From an uncultured cyanobacterium (lineage in GTDB: Bacteria; Cyanobacteriota; Cyanobacteriia; Cyanobacteriales; Nostocaceae): DNA of 64,000 nt. Position 1 is the first letter of the stretch; each line of letters starts with the position of its first letter. The position numbers and the translations under genes are program-made. Shown piece by piece: positions 19,771 through 28,961 of the stretch. The stretch spans positions 3,520,001 through 3,584,000 of the forward strand of contig CAVUDP010000002.1 of assembly GCA_963740315.1 (NCBI GenBank), given 5' to 3'. Below the pieces are notes generated by a model. The model had not been told where the DNA came from and did not search any database. It worked only from the letters and a program-made list of their open reading frames with translations.

Positions 19771-20642
19771 TGTTTAAATATTTGAATTTGCTTGTTTTAG
19801 CTCAATCTACGGGAGATGCTGCTCGGCAAACTACTGAAGAAACAAAAGAAATTCTTACCAAAATTACTACTTGGAAGGTTGGTCAAGGGTTAATAATTAT
19901 ATTACTGTCTTATGTGACTTTAATAGTAATTAACAAGTTGATTGTTTGGATTTCCGAGCAAATTGGTAGGGAATGGCGATTACAGGTTAAACAATTTTTG
20001 CCCTTTTTGCGTACTGTTATTTTAACCATAACCATCGTGACTTTGATGAACTTGTTTCTCAATCTATCGCCACAAAATATAATTGCTGTAACTGGTGCGG
20101 TAGCAGTAGCTTTGGGATTTGCTTTTAAAGATTATGCCAGTTCGATTATTGCAGGTATCGTAGGCATATTTGAAGGTGCCTATCGAATTGGCGATCGCAT
20201 CAAAATCGGTGAGGATTATGGAGAGGTAGTTCGTTATGGATTGCGGGGAATTCGCCTCAAAACGCCTGATGATAATCTTGTTACTATCCCCCATAATAAA
20301 ATTTGGACGGAATCGATCTCTAATGCTAATGCAGGAGAATTAGAAGCTCAGGTAATCACTGAATTTTATTTTGCTCACGAAGTAGATACTCTATTAGTCA
20401 CTAAAATTTTGCATCGAGCGGCGCATACGAGTAGATATACACAATTAAAAATTCCTGTCGCTGTTGTCATAGAAGAAACTCCCTATGGAACTCACTTCAA
20501 GCTCAAAAGCTATCCTTTAGATGCAAGAGATGAATTTACTTATAAAACTGACCTAATTAATAAAGCTAAAACAGCCTTTGCTAAATACAATCTAGCTTAT
20601 CCTCGCTTGCTCGATCTCGAACAAAAACAACTGGGCAGTTAG
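19770..20642 (+). CDS. Small-conductance mechanosensitive channel (MscS family)
   Basis: VALGFAFKD, YRIGDRIKIG, TPDDNLVTIPH. Confidence 0.9.
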   Translation: MFKYLNLLVLAQSTGDAARQTTEETKEILTKITTWKVGQGLIIILLSYVTLIVINKLIVWISEQIGREWRLQVKQFLPFLRTVILTITIVTLMNLFLNLSPQNIIAVTGAVAVALGFAFKDYASSIIAGIVGIFEGAYRIGDRIKIGEDYGEVVRYGLRGIRLKTPDDNLVTIPHNKIWTESISNANAGELEAQVITEFYFAHEVDTLLVTKILHRAAHTSRYTQLKIPVAVVIEETPYGTHFKLKSYPLDARDEFTYKTDLINKAKTAFAKYNLAYPRLLDLEQKQLGS

Positions 20643-20845
20643 CAATTTTTGATTGTAGGGTGTGTGACGCTTTTATAAATATTGTACGTAGTTATAAGAC
20701 TTGTTGCGTCACTCACTATTTTTATTTTGTGACAATATAGTAAATTCTAAAACAATTTCTGCAAAAACTTTTAAGTTATATGCATCTTTAGATTGATTAA
20801 TGTTTATAGAAATAATTAGTAAGCTTACACGAAAGTGGTTAAAAC

Positions 20846-22105
20846 ATGAGTCCATACATTCTGCTAATTTTAGCCGCTGGTTTACTTCTATTAACAGTTA
20901 CCCTCGGTTCTGGTTGGATTGCTCGCTTACCTTTTTCTTATGCAATTATTTATTTAGTAGTTGGTATTCTGCTTGGTTCTCAGGTTACGGGATTAATCAA
21001 TCTTGATATAAGTACTAAAGTTGTCGAACGAATAACGGAGATGGTGGTAATAATCTCTGTATTTGGTTGCGGTTTAAAAATGAATCGCAGGTTAAATCTA
21101 TCGGCTTGGAATACTACCGCTCGTTTAATTGGCTTTGTAATGCCTATTTCAATTGTAGCTCTGAGTGCAGTTGCCCATTGGTTGTTAGGAATGTCGTGGG
21201 GTGCGGCAATTTTATTAGGAGCAATTTTGGCACCTACCGATCCGGTATTAGCTTCAGAAGTACAGCTTACTCACATCAAAGACAAAAATGAGTTGCGTTT
21301 TGGTCTTACTTCTGAGGGAGGTTTAAATGATGCTTTGGCTTTTCCTTTTGTTTATTTTGGTATTTATGCCCTTAAAGATAATAACTGGGACAACTGGTTT
21401 AAACAATGGGTTTTGGTGGATGTTTTTTGGGCTATTATCGCTGGAATCGTAGTGGGAATAGTTGTGGCTAAAGCCGTGATTTGGATTGATAGACAATTGC
21501 AACGTCAAGAAAAAGCAGATGAGTTGATGGAAGATTTTGTCGCTTTGAGCGCGATTTTCTTAACTTATTCTTTGACAGAATTGGTCAACGGTTACGGATT
21601 TTTGGCGGTTTTTGTAGCCGGTTGGCTTATGCAAAATAAGTACTATCATGCAAAAGAAAACGAAAAGCGTTTGGATCAATTAGAATTTATCGAACAAATT
21701 GAAAAGCTATTAGAAGTAGGAACTATTGTTTTACTGGGTACAATCTTAACGATAAATCCTGGCTTTAATTATTTAGGTCAAGGATTATTAATAGCCGCTT
21801 TTTTAATATTTATAATTCGACCATTAGGAGCTGCAATTTCTTTACTCGGCTCTAATGTATCACCAATCAACCGTACTTTTATCGGTTGGTTTGGAATTCG
21901 CGGTGTTGGCTCTCTCTATTATTTAAACTATGCCGTAGGTAAAGAAATAGGAAGCTCGATCGCCGAACAAATTACTTGGATAAGTATTATTACTGTTGTT
22001 TTTTCTATTCTGCTACATGGAATCAGTTCTAGTCCTTTAATGATGTGGTACAAAAACGCGGTTCTAATTAAGATTACTAAGATTAGGATTTGCTATCACC
22101 TTTAA
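20846..22105 (+). CDS. Cation:proton antiporter (CPA1 family)
   Basis: LAPTDPVLA, EGGLNDA, GWFGIRGVGS; many TM helices. Confidence 0.9.
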   Translation: MSPYILLILAAGLLLLTVTLGSGWIARLPFSYAIIYLVVGILLGSQVTGLINLDISTKVVERITEMVVIISVFGCGLKMNRRLNLSAWNTTARLIGFVMPISIVALSAVAHWLLGMSWGAAILLGAILAPTDPVLASEVQLTHIKDKNELRFGLTSEGGLNDALAFPFVYFGIYALKDNNWDNWFKQWVLVDVFWAIIAGIVVGIVVAKAVIWIDRQLQRQEKADELMEDFVALSAIFLTYSLTELVNGYGFLAVFVAGWLMQNKYYHAKENEKRLDQLEFIEQIEKLLEVGTIVLLGTILTINPGFNYLGQGLLIAAFLIFIIRPLGAAISLLGSNVSPINRTFIGWFGIRGVGSLYYLNYAVGKEIGSSIAEQITWISIITVVFSILLHGISSSPLMMWYKNAVLIKITKIRICYHL

Positions 22106-22213
22106 GAAAATTGTCAATTGCGTAAGAAACCCGCAATATTAACTAGAGACGTTATACATACGAGTATTTACAATAAATTATTCAAATTTTCTACTTCCTT
22201 AGTAAGATAAAGC

Positions 22214-23107
22214 GTGTTTAAGTTCCTGACTAAGTTAGATTACCTACTCAAAGAAACTTTTTTAGGTTTGCATCGGGGTGGGTGGATGAATTGGGCTGCT
22301 GTAAGTACTGTTGCAGTGCTGCTGTTTTTGTTCGGTATTAGCTTACAAACTTCTTGGCAAGTTGAAAAACTGCTCTATCAATTTGGCTCTCAATTAGAGG
22401 TATCGGTATATCTCGAACCTTCTGCACGTGCGGAAATGATTGAAACCTTAGTCGTGAAAATGCCAGAAGTCGCCACAATCAAAACTATTACCAAAGAAAA
22501 AGCTTGGGCGCAATTAGTCCAAGAAATGGGAATCTCCGATATTGAAGGTGCGAATCAGCAATTAGATGGAAACCCTTTGGTTGATGAAATCAAGGTAAAG
22601 GCAATAAATTCTCAAGTAGTACCAGATTTAGCGACTCAACTAGCGAAAATACCTGACGTTGATACGGTACAGTACGTTGATGAAGCAGTTAAACGCATCG
22701 CCCAGTTACATCGAAGTTTAAATTGGGTGACGCTGGCAATTACCGCAATTTTGACATTAACAGCAGTTGCCGTCACCAGCATCACGATTCGTTTAGTACT
22801 TATGGCACGACGGCGAGAAATAGAAATTATGCAGTTAGTAGGTGCAACTTCTACTTGGATTTATCTACCGTTTATTTTGCAAGGAATCACTTTTGGAATC
22901 GTAGGTGGTGCAATTGCTTGGAGTTTTATTAGCCTTATTCAACAGTTTTTGAACAAGATGCTAGCCAATCAACCCGAATTTATTCAATTTCTTACCAACG
23001 GTTTGCAGCTTACTTCCTTACAAATCTTATTACTACCAGTTATTCTCTTAAGCTTCGGTGCAACGGTAGGATTGATAGGAAGTTTGTTTGCGTTAAGACG
23101 AGCTTAG
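22214..23107 (+). CDS. ftsX: Cell division permease FtsX
   Basis: ARRREIEIMQLVGAT..WIYLPFILQG; GTG start. Confidence 0.9.
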   Translation: MFKFLTKLDYLLKETFLGLHRGGWMNWAAVSTVAVLLFLFGISLQTSWQVEKLLYQFGSQLEVSVYLEPSARAEMIETLVVKMPEVATIKTITKEKAWAQLVQEMGISDIEGANQQLDGNPLVDEIKVKAINSQVVPDLATQLAKIPDVDTVQYVDEAVKRIAQLHRSLNWVTLAITAILTLTAVAVTSITIRLVLMARRREIEIMQLVGATSTWIYLPFILQGITFGIVGGAIAWSFISLIQQFLNKMLANQPEFIQFLTNGLQLTSLQILLLPVILLSFGATVGLIGSLFALRRA

Positions 23108-23640
23108 AAGAGATGGGGAGATGGTAAGCCCAAAACGTGCGCGGTGAGAGCAGTCGCGTGCGGGGGTTCCCCCCGTTGAGCGAACTGCCGAACCCGAAGG
23201 GGTTCCCCGCGTTGAGAGAAGTGGCGCAACCCGTTACTCTAACGAGTCGTGCCGCGCTGAACACGCGGCGAGCGGGGGAGATGGGGAGACAAGGAGATAG
23301 GGAGATGGGGAGACAAGGAGATGGGGAGACAAGGAGACAAGGAGAAAAATGCATAACTAACTTCTTAAGCATCCCAAATTTTCAAATTCGTAGTGCGAGC
23401 ATCTTGCTCGCTATATGTATCGAGTTTCAAGTTTCAAGTTTCGAGCATCAAGTTTCGAGTTTCGAGCATCAAGTTTCGAGTTTCAAGTTTCGAGTATTGA
23501 GTTTTGAGTTTCGAGTTTCGAGTATTGAGTTTCGAGCGAGCAAGATGCTCGCACTACGATATATGTTTCAAAAATTGGGATGTTCCCTAGTGTCCTAACT
23601 CCTAACTGTTCACTGTTCACTGTTCACTGCTCACTGATAA
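23108..23640. repeat. Mosaic of STRR arrays, GC-rich dispersed repeats and a nested inverted-repeat element
   Basis: (GGAGATGG)/(GGAGACAA) octamers, (TTTCGAG)n, 25-bp perfect IR at 23388-23412/23535-23559, (ACTGTTC)n. Confidence 0.9.
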
Positions 23641-23647
23641 CTGAATC

Positions 23648-24445
23648 ATGAATTCACAATGGAATGCTTTATTAAAAAATCTTGGTGAGTGGGAAGGCTC
23701 TTTTACCCGTTTATCTCCCCAAGGTGAATTATTAGAAGATATCAAGAGCGTTGTTTCTTTGGCTGGATTGAATGACAATCAAACGATTCGCCAAACTATC
23801 CGCTTGCAGGAAAATGAAAAAGTTTTGGAATACAGTTCCCTCGGAAAGGGAATATTGTTTTTTGAAAATGGTGCGTTTTCTCAAGGCTCTATTCAGTTAG
23901 CGCCGTTTTCTGAGTTTGGTGCTGAGTTTGGTTTAATTCACGAGAATCATCGTTTACGTCTGGTACAGCTTTTCGATAAAAACTTGAAGTTAGATAAATT
24001 TACTTTAATTCGAGAACATCTTGCTCAAACTCAACCCTCGCAACGCCCTGTCTTGACGGTTGATGCTTTGTTGGGTGAATGGATTGGTGAAGCTGTAACT
24101 ATCTATCCCGATTTACAAAAACCCGATAGTTATCCTATTAAGATGAATTTACAACTCGACCATTCAGGAAAATTAATTCAAAGTTTAAGTTTTGCTAATC
24201 GTACTATTAGTTCTACTGCTACTGTTAATGATTCTCAACTCTTCTTTGAACAAACTCAGGTACAGGTTTTGCTGCTTCCCGATGGCGCTTCTGTTACTTC
24301 TCCTCTTCAAGCGCAGTTGCGTCAACCTTTGTTTTTAGAAGTCGGTTGGTTAATTAACCCGAATCTTCGTCAAAGAATGTTTCGCAGCTATAACGAGAAG
24401 GGGGAATGGACTAGTTTAACTTTGGTTACGGAAAGAAAAAAATAA
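23648..24445 (+). CDS. DUF3598 family protein
   Basis: SQWNALLKNLGEWEGSFT, FFENGAFSQG, GEWTSLTLVTE. Confidence 0.85.
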   Translation: MNSQWNALLKNLGEWEGSFTRLSPQGELLEDIKSVVSLAGLNDNQTIRQTIRLQENEKVLEYSSLGKGILFFENGAFSQGSIQLAPFSEFGAEFGLIHENHRLRLVQLFDKNLKLDKFTLIREHLAQTQPSQRPVLTVDALLGEWIGEAVTIYPDLQKPDSYPIKMNLQLDHSGKLIQSLSFANRTISSTATVNDSQLFFEQTQVQVLLLPDGASVTSPLQAQLRQPLFLEVGWLINPNLRQRMFRSYNEKGEWTSLTLVTERKK

Positions 24446-24524
24446 TTATCAAATTAAATTCAAAAATCAATTTACAGTTTTTTGGGTTTTATTTGTTTGA
24501 AAAAAATATTTTTTTTAAAGGTGG

Positions 24525-24553
24525 TTCAAAAAGTGCGCGGTTTTTGGTACTAT
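24525..24553 (+). promoter_or_regulatory. Sigma70-like promoter TTCAAA-N17-TACTAT with TGn extension; copy at 25162-25190
   Basis: 17-nt spacer counted; A/T tracts upstream. Confidence 0.5.
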
Positions 24554-24559
24554 TAAATA

Positions 24560-24652
24560 ATGGGAGTGGTTACAAAATTTTTAAAAAAGTCAATATTCCC
24601 ATTATTTAAAATTATATTATTATCGTACCATTTAACAGTGCAATATAGTTAA
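24560..24652 (+). CDS. Candidate leaderless 30-aa peptide MGVVTKFLKKSIFPLFKIILLSYHLTVQYS (copy 1)
   Basis: ATG 7 nt after the -10 box; stop falls in a hairpin followed by a T-tract. Confidence 0.35.
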   Translation: MGVVTKFLKKSIFPLFKIILLSYHLTVQYS

Positions 24653-24801
24653 ATTTTTTTTTTTTGAAGTTACTTTTATTAATAAAACGATAATAATTTT
24701 AGAGAGGGGCAATACTGCGAACGTCTCTATATTAAAGTTAATTAACCCGAATCTTCGTCAAAGAATGTTTCGCAGCTATCACGATAAGGGGGAATGGACT
24801 A

Positions 24802-25049
24802 GTACCGCACTGCATAAATAAAGTTCTCGATCTTCAGAAGTCGGGTTTTTACAAAATTGTAAGTGTATTACAGACACGTATTCTAAAAACCCGACTTCTT
24901 ATTCTTACATTAATCTTCAAAAGTCGAGTTTTTACAAAATTGTAAGTGTATTACAGACACGTATTCTAAAAACCCGACTTCTTAATAATAATCCGTCAAA
25001 CTCCTAAACCTATTTACTATATGGGTACCTTACTTACGCCAACTTGTAC
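24802..25049. mobile_element. MITE with TA target duplication (IS630/Tc1-like ends) and two internal 72-bp palindromic repeats
   Basis: TA|GTACCGCACTGCATAAATAAAG...CCTTACTTACGCCAACTTGTAC|TA; empty site GGACTAGTTT in copy 1 at about 24408-24417. Confidence 0.85.
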
Positions 25050-25196
25050 TAATTTGACTTTAGTTACGGAAATAAAAAAATAATTATCAAATTAACTTTA
25101 AAAATCAATTTACAGTTTTCTGGTTTTATTTGTTTGAAAAAAATATTTTTTTTAAAGGTGGTTCAAAAAGTGCGCGGTTTTTGGTACTATTAGATA

Positions 25197-25289
25197 ATGG
25201 GAGTGGTTACAAAATTTTTAAAAAAGTCAATATTCCCATTATTTAAAATTATATTATTATCGTACCATTTAACGGTGCAATATAGTTAA
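25197..25289 (+). CDS. Candidate leaderless 30-aa peptide (copy 2, identical protein)
   Basis: Only difference from copy 1 within the ORF is synonymous ACA>ACG. Confidence 0.35.
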   Translation: MGVVTKFLKKSIFPLFKIILLSYHLTVQYS

Positions 25290-25363
25290 ATTTATTTTTT
25301 TTGAAGTTACTTTTATTAATAAAACGATAATAATTTTAGAGAGACGCAATACTGCGAACGTCT

Positions 25364-25939
25364 CTACATGAAAGAACAGTTGGATTGCAAAGCTTTTTCT
25401 AATAGAATTTGATATTCCTCATCATCAATAGAGTAAGCGCCAAACCTTTCTAAATGAGGATTCATCATCTGAGCATCAAAAAAGACAAATTGCCTGGAAC
25501 GCAATCTTTCCACTAATTTAACCATCGCCACCTTAGAGCCTTCAGGGATGCGAAAAAACATTGATTCGCCAATAAAAGCGCCACCAATAACGATACCTAA
25601 AATTCCTCCTGCAAGTTCGTCACCTTGCCAAGTTTCAAAACTATGCGCCCAACCGCTTTGATTGAGAGAATAGTAAATATCTTTTAATTCAGAGGAAATC
25701 CAGGTAGAGTCTCTGTCTGCACATCCCTCAACCACTGCTTTGAAATCGCGATCGATTGCAGTTGAAAACCGCTCTTGATTAATAACTCGCCTTAAAGACT
25801 TGGGAAAACGGAAATTGTCATCTAAAGGTATTAAAGTGCGATCGCGACTGCCATACCATCCCAAGTGATTATTTTCATCAGCCATGAGAAAATAGCCTTG
25901 GGCGTAACCTTGGATGATAGCGGCAACATCATATTGCAT
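25364..25939 (-). CDS. aat: Leucyl/phenylalanyl-tRNA--protein transferase
   Basis: [36 protein letters not shown]. Confidence 0.95.
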   Translation of the reverse strand: MQYDVAAIIQGYAQGYFLMADENNHLGWYGSRDRTLIPLDDNFRFPKSLRRVINQERFSTAIDRDFKAVVEGCADRDSTWISSELKDIYYSLNQSGWAHSFETWQGDELAGGILGIVIGGAFIGESMFFRIPEGSKVAMVKLVERLRSRQFVFFDAQMMNPHLERFGAYSIDDEEYQILLEKALQSNCSFM

Positions 25940-26021
25940 AAATCAGTTATCAGTTATCAGTTATCATTGCCTATTCCTACTGCCTGTCTTGCGATCGATA
26001 CAATTAAAATAAATAAATAAA

Positions 26022-26351
26022 ATGACTCAATCAATACCACCGATAACTTTACCACCTGCGGAAAATCCTCAACAAGAGGGAGAATGGTTGCTTTCTCGGT
26101 TGCGTTGCTTTTTAGATGAAGAATTTATTCCAGAAACTATTAATCAGACTATAGCTGAACGTGCGGCGCAAATTTTTGTCCGACAGCGTATGGAAGGGGA
26201 AAATGATTTAGGAGAATTGGTATTAGCTATTGTCACAGAAATGCAAGCCTTTGACTTTTCTAAAAGCTTCTATGGAGAGTTTGCCATTGCTAACGCAGTC
26301 AGCGACTTACTTTTGGAAAGCTTGGGAATTGATAAATGTTGCGGACAATGA
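26022..26351 (+). CDS. Conserved cyanobacterial hypothetical protein
   Basis: LDEEFIPE...FVRQRMEGENDLG...FAIANAVSDLL. Confidence 0.8.
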   Translation: MTQSIPPITLPPAENPQQEGEWLLSRLRCFLDEEFIPETINQTIAERAAQIFVRQRMEGENDLGELVLAIVTEMQAFDFSKSFYGEFAIANAVSDLLLESLGIDKCCGQ

Positions 26352-26540
26352 ATTTTAGATTTTAGATTTTAGATTTTGGATTGATTTTGATGAATTACGC
26401 TTAAAGCGCTTAATGTAAAGGTAATAATCTTTTGCTCTTTTTACAAGCTATTACCTCTACAAAATATTAACTTGCTGTAAAAATTATTTTACCGAAGTCC
26501 CAGCAAATCTAGAATCCAAAATCCAAAATCCAAAATCGTT

Positions 26541-26843
26541 TTACCAACTAGACTTAACAACCCCAGGTAATAGCCCTTTGTGCGCCCAATCCCGGAGAAC
26601 GTTGCGACATAGCCCGAAGTCACGGTAAACAGCGCGAGGACGACCTGTTACCCAGCAGCGGTTGCGACGGCGATTTGGGGCGCTATTGCGGGGTAGCTGC
26701 TGAATTTTGCGGTGGACTTCCAGCTTTTCTAAGGGATCTTGTGTTTGTCTAAACTCTTCCAACAAATCTTGACGCTTATCCCAATACTTATCTACCATCT
26801 TGGCGCGTTTTTTATCGCGCTCTATCATCGATCTTTTAGCCAT
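26541..26843 (-). CDS. rpsN: 30S ribosomal protein S14
   Basis: [34 protein letters not shown]. Confidence 0.98.
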   Translation of the reverse strand: MAKRSMIERDKKRAKMVDKYWDKRQDLLEEFRQTQDPLEKLEVHRKIQQLPRNSAPNRRRNRCWVTGRPRAVYRDFGLCRNVLRDWAHKGLLPGVVKSSW

Positions 26844-26876
26844 AATCCTAATTATTTTTAAACAGCATTTTTCATT

Positions 26877-27581
26877 CTAGCGAATCGCACTACTTATGGC
26901 ATCAATATTTGCATTTTGAAGAGAAACAGAGGGCGCGGTAGGACATAGATCGGCTAACTCGCATCGTTCGCAAGCAGGATTACGGGCACGACAAACAGCA
27001 CGACCGTGATAAATCAGCCGAATTGACCAATTTTCCCAATCTGCTTGCGGTAATAATTTCATTAAATCCCTTTCAATACGAACTGCATCTTCATGCTTTG
27101 TTAAACCCAATCGTTGACTCAGACGGTTGACATGAGTATCAACAGTTACCCCAGCATTAATGCCAAAAGCATGAGCCATCACGACATTTGCAGTTTTTCG
27201 CGCTACCCCAGGAAGCCGCAATAGTTCTTCCATTGTTTGAGGAACTTTACCGCCAAACTCTGTAACTATCATCTGAGTAGCAGCTTTAATGTTCTTAGCT
27301 TTATTCCGGTAAAAACCTGTGGAATGCACCAAAGTTTCAAGTTCTTCAATGGCTGCACTCGCTAAACCAGCCGCATCAGGAAATTGCCCGAATAATAATG
27401 GTGTTACTTTATTAACTCGTTCGTCAGTACATTGAGCGGAAAGAATCGTCGCCACAAGTAACTGTACTGGCGTTGAATAAGTTAAAGAACAAGTTGCATC
27501 TGGATACAAACGCTTGAGGCGCACTAAAATTGAATGCGCCCGCTGCTTTTTACTAGAAGATTTTTTGCCTTTTGTACTCAC
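26877..27581 (-). CDS. nth: Endonuclease III
   Basis: ILSAQCTDERVN, HhH LPGVARKTANVV, VDTHV, 4Fe-4S C-x6-C-x2-C-x5-C; GTG at 27581 overlaps the rseP stop (GTGA). Confidence 0.95.
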   Translation of the reverse strand: MSTKGKKSSSKKQRAHSILVRLKRLYPDATCSLTYSTPVQLLVATILSAQCTDERVNKVTPLLFGQFPDAAGLASAAIEELETLVHSTGFYRNKAKNIKAATQMIVTEFGGKVPQTMEELLRLPGVARKTANVVMAHAFGINAGVTVDTHVNRLSQRLGLTKHEDAVRIERDLMKLLPQADWENWSIRLIYHGRAVCRARNPACERCELADLCPTAPSVSLQNANIDAISSAIR

Positions 27582-28663
27582 CCCAATAATTTCTGCACCC
27601 ATTCCAACTGCAAAGTTTCTTTAAATATTAGCAGAATTCCTATTCCTAAAAGTAGCACTAAACCTGTTTGCATTACACCTTCTTGAATGCGATTAGGTAA
27701 CGGCTTACCGCGCACGCCTTCAATTAACAAAAAAGCAAGTTGTCCGCCATCTAAAGCTGGCAAAGGCAAAATGTTAATGAAAGCTAAATTGATGCTAATT
27801 AATGCAGCAAAAAAGAACAAACTGCCCGTATCGTTTTGGGCAATACTCGCACCAATTTTGACAATTCTAACAGGACCTGCGACTTGACCTGCTGTTTCAC
27901 CAAAGTTTGTAATTAATTGTCCAAAACCTTGAACTGTCTGGACAATAATATTTTGAAACTGAGTCGCGCCAACGCCAAAGGCTTCTAAAATATTTTCGGT
28001 AGGACGACGTTCGACTTTACCGTTAGGAGATAAACCAACACCGATACTTCCGCCCCCAGATTTAGCTTCAGGAACTACTGTCAAATTAAGTATTTGGTCG
28101 TCTCTCTTAATTTTTAACTCAATTGGTTTTCCTGGATGAGTTTTGATAATATTGCTTAATTTCCGCGTATTTTCCACCGATGTATCAAATGGAGTACCAT
28201 CTGCGGCAACAATAACATCTCCAGCCTTGATTCCGGCGGATGTAGCCACCTGACTAACTTTTGGAGCAAGTTCTGGAATCAAAACACCCGGTTGAGTTGC
28301 GGTTGGTATTCCCACAAAACCAACTTGGGACACCAACAGAAAATAAGCAAAAATTAAATTCGCAATTACCCCAGCACTAATTACAATCGCCCGATCTAAA
28401 ACCGGACGGTTACGCAGTAAATTCGGATCGTCAGGCTCAATTTTACTATCCGGGTCATCATCGGGAAAACCGACAAAACCACCCAATGGAAATGCACGCA
28501 CGGCATACTCAGTTTCAGATCCTTGATACTTCAAAAGTACCGGACCAAAACCCAGCGAAAAGCGGTTAACATGAATACCTTGGGACCTTGCTGCAATGAA
28601 ATGTCCTAGTTCGTGTACAAAGATTAGTACAGCCAACACTGCGATCGCCGCTAAAACTGACAT
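27578..28663 (-). CDS. rseP: RIP metalloprotease RseP
   Basis: HELGH, PDZ domain, NILPLPALDGG. Confidence 0.95.
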   Translation of the reverse strand: MSVLAAIAVLAVLIFVHELGHFIAARSQGIHVNRFSLGFGPVLLKYQGSETEYAVRAFPLGGFVGFPDDDPDSKIEPDDPNLLRNRPVLDRAIVISAGVIANLIFAYFLLVSQVGFVGIPTATQPGVLIPELAPKVSQVATSAGIKAGDVIVAADGTPFDTSVENTRKLSNIIKTHPGKPIELKIKRDDQILNLTVVPEAKSGGGSIGVGLSPNGKVERRPTENILEAFGVGATQFQNIIVQTVQGFGQLITNFGETAGQVAGPVRIVKIGASIAQNDTGSLFFFAALISINLAFINILPLPALDGGQLAFLLIEGVRGKPLPNRIQEGVMQTGLVLLLGIGILLIFKETLQLEWVQKLLG

Positions 28664-28708
28664 AGAAAATTGGTAAATTTAATTAAACTATACATTTCTT
28701 TATTTTAG

Positions 28709-28930
28709 ATTGAGCATTGGGAATTGAGCATTGGGCATTGGTAATTGGGCATGGGGCATTGGGATTGTGAATAGTTTTTAGATTTTGGATACTTCGGCAA
28801 GTCTTACAGTGAGCTACGTCGAACTGCTCAGCACAAGTTTTAGATTTTGGATTGTCCCCTTGTCCCCTTGTCCCCTTGTCCCCTTGTCCCCTTGTCCCCT
28901 TGTCCCTTTGTCCCTTTGTCCCCTTCCCTG
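28709..28930. repeat. STRR arrays with nested small dispersed repeats
   Basis: (TTGGGCA)n, TTTAGATTTTGGAT direct repeats, (TGTCCCCT)n. Confidence 0.9.
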
Positions 28931-28961
28931 TCTCTCCCTCTCTCCCCATGCCGTTCATTAC

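Larger units (their letters stand above)
24349..25373 (+). repeat. Tandem duplication of a 388-bp unit (24349-24736 and 24737-25373, the second carrying a 248-bp insertion)
   Basis: GTTAATTAACCCGAATCTTCG at 24349 and 24737; near-identical sequence through CGAACGTCTCTA. Confidence 0.95.

Noticed and set aside
23040..23598. ORFs 23137..23598 (+) and 23040..23372 (-)
   Set aside because: Translations of STRR/SDR repeats (GRQGD, SSFEHQV); no family motifs
24349..24810. DGR template/variable repeat pair (DUF3598 3' end and its downstream copy)
   Set aside because: No reverse transcriptase; differences are not adenine-specific; the duplication extends through the whole intergenic region
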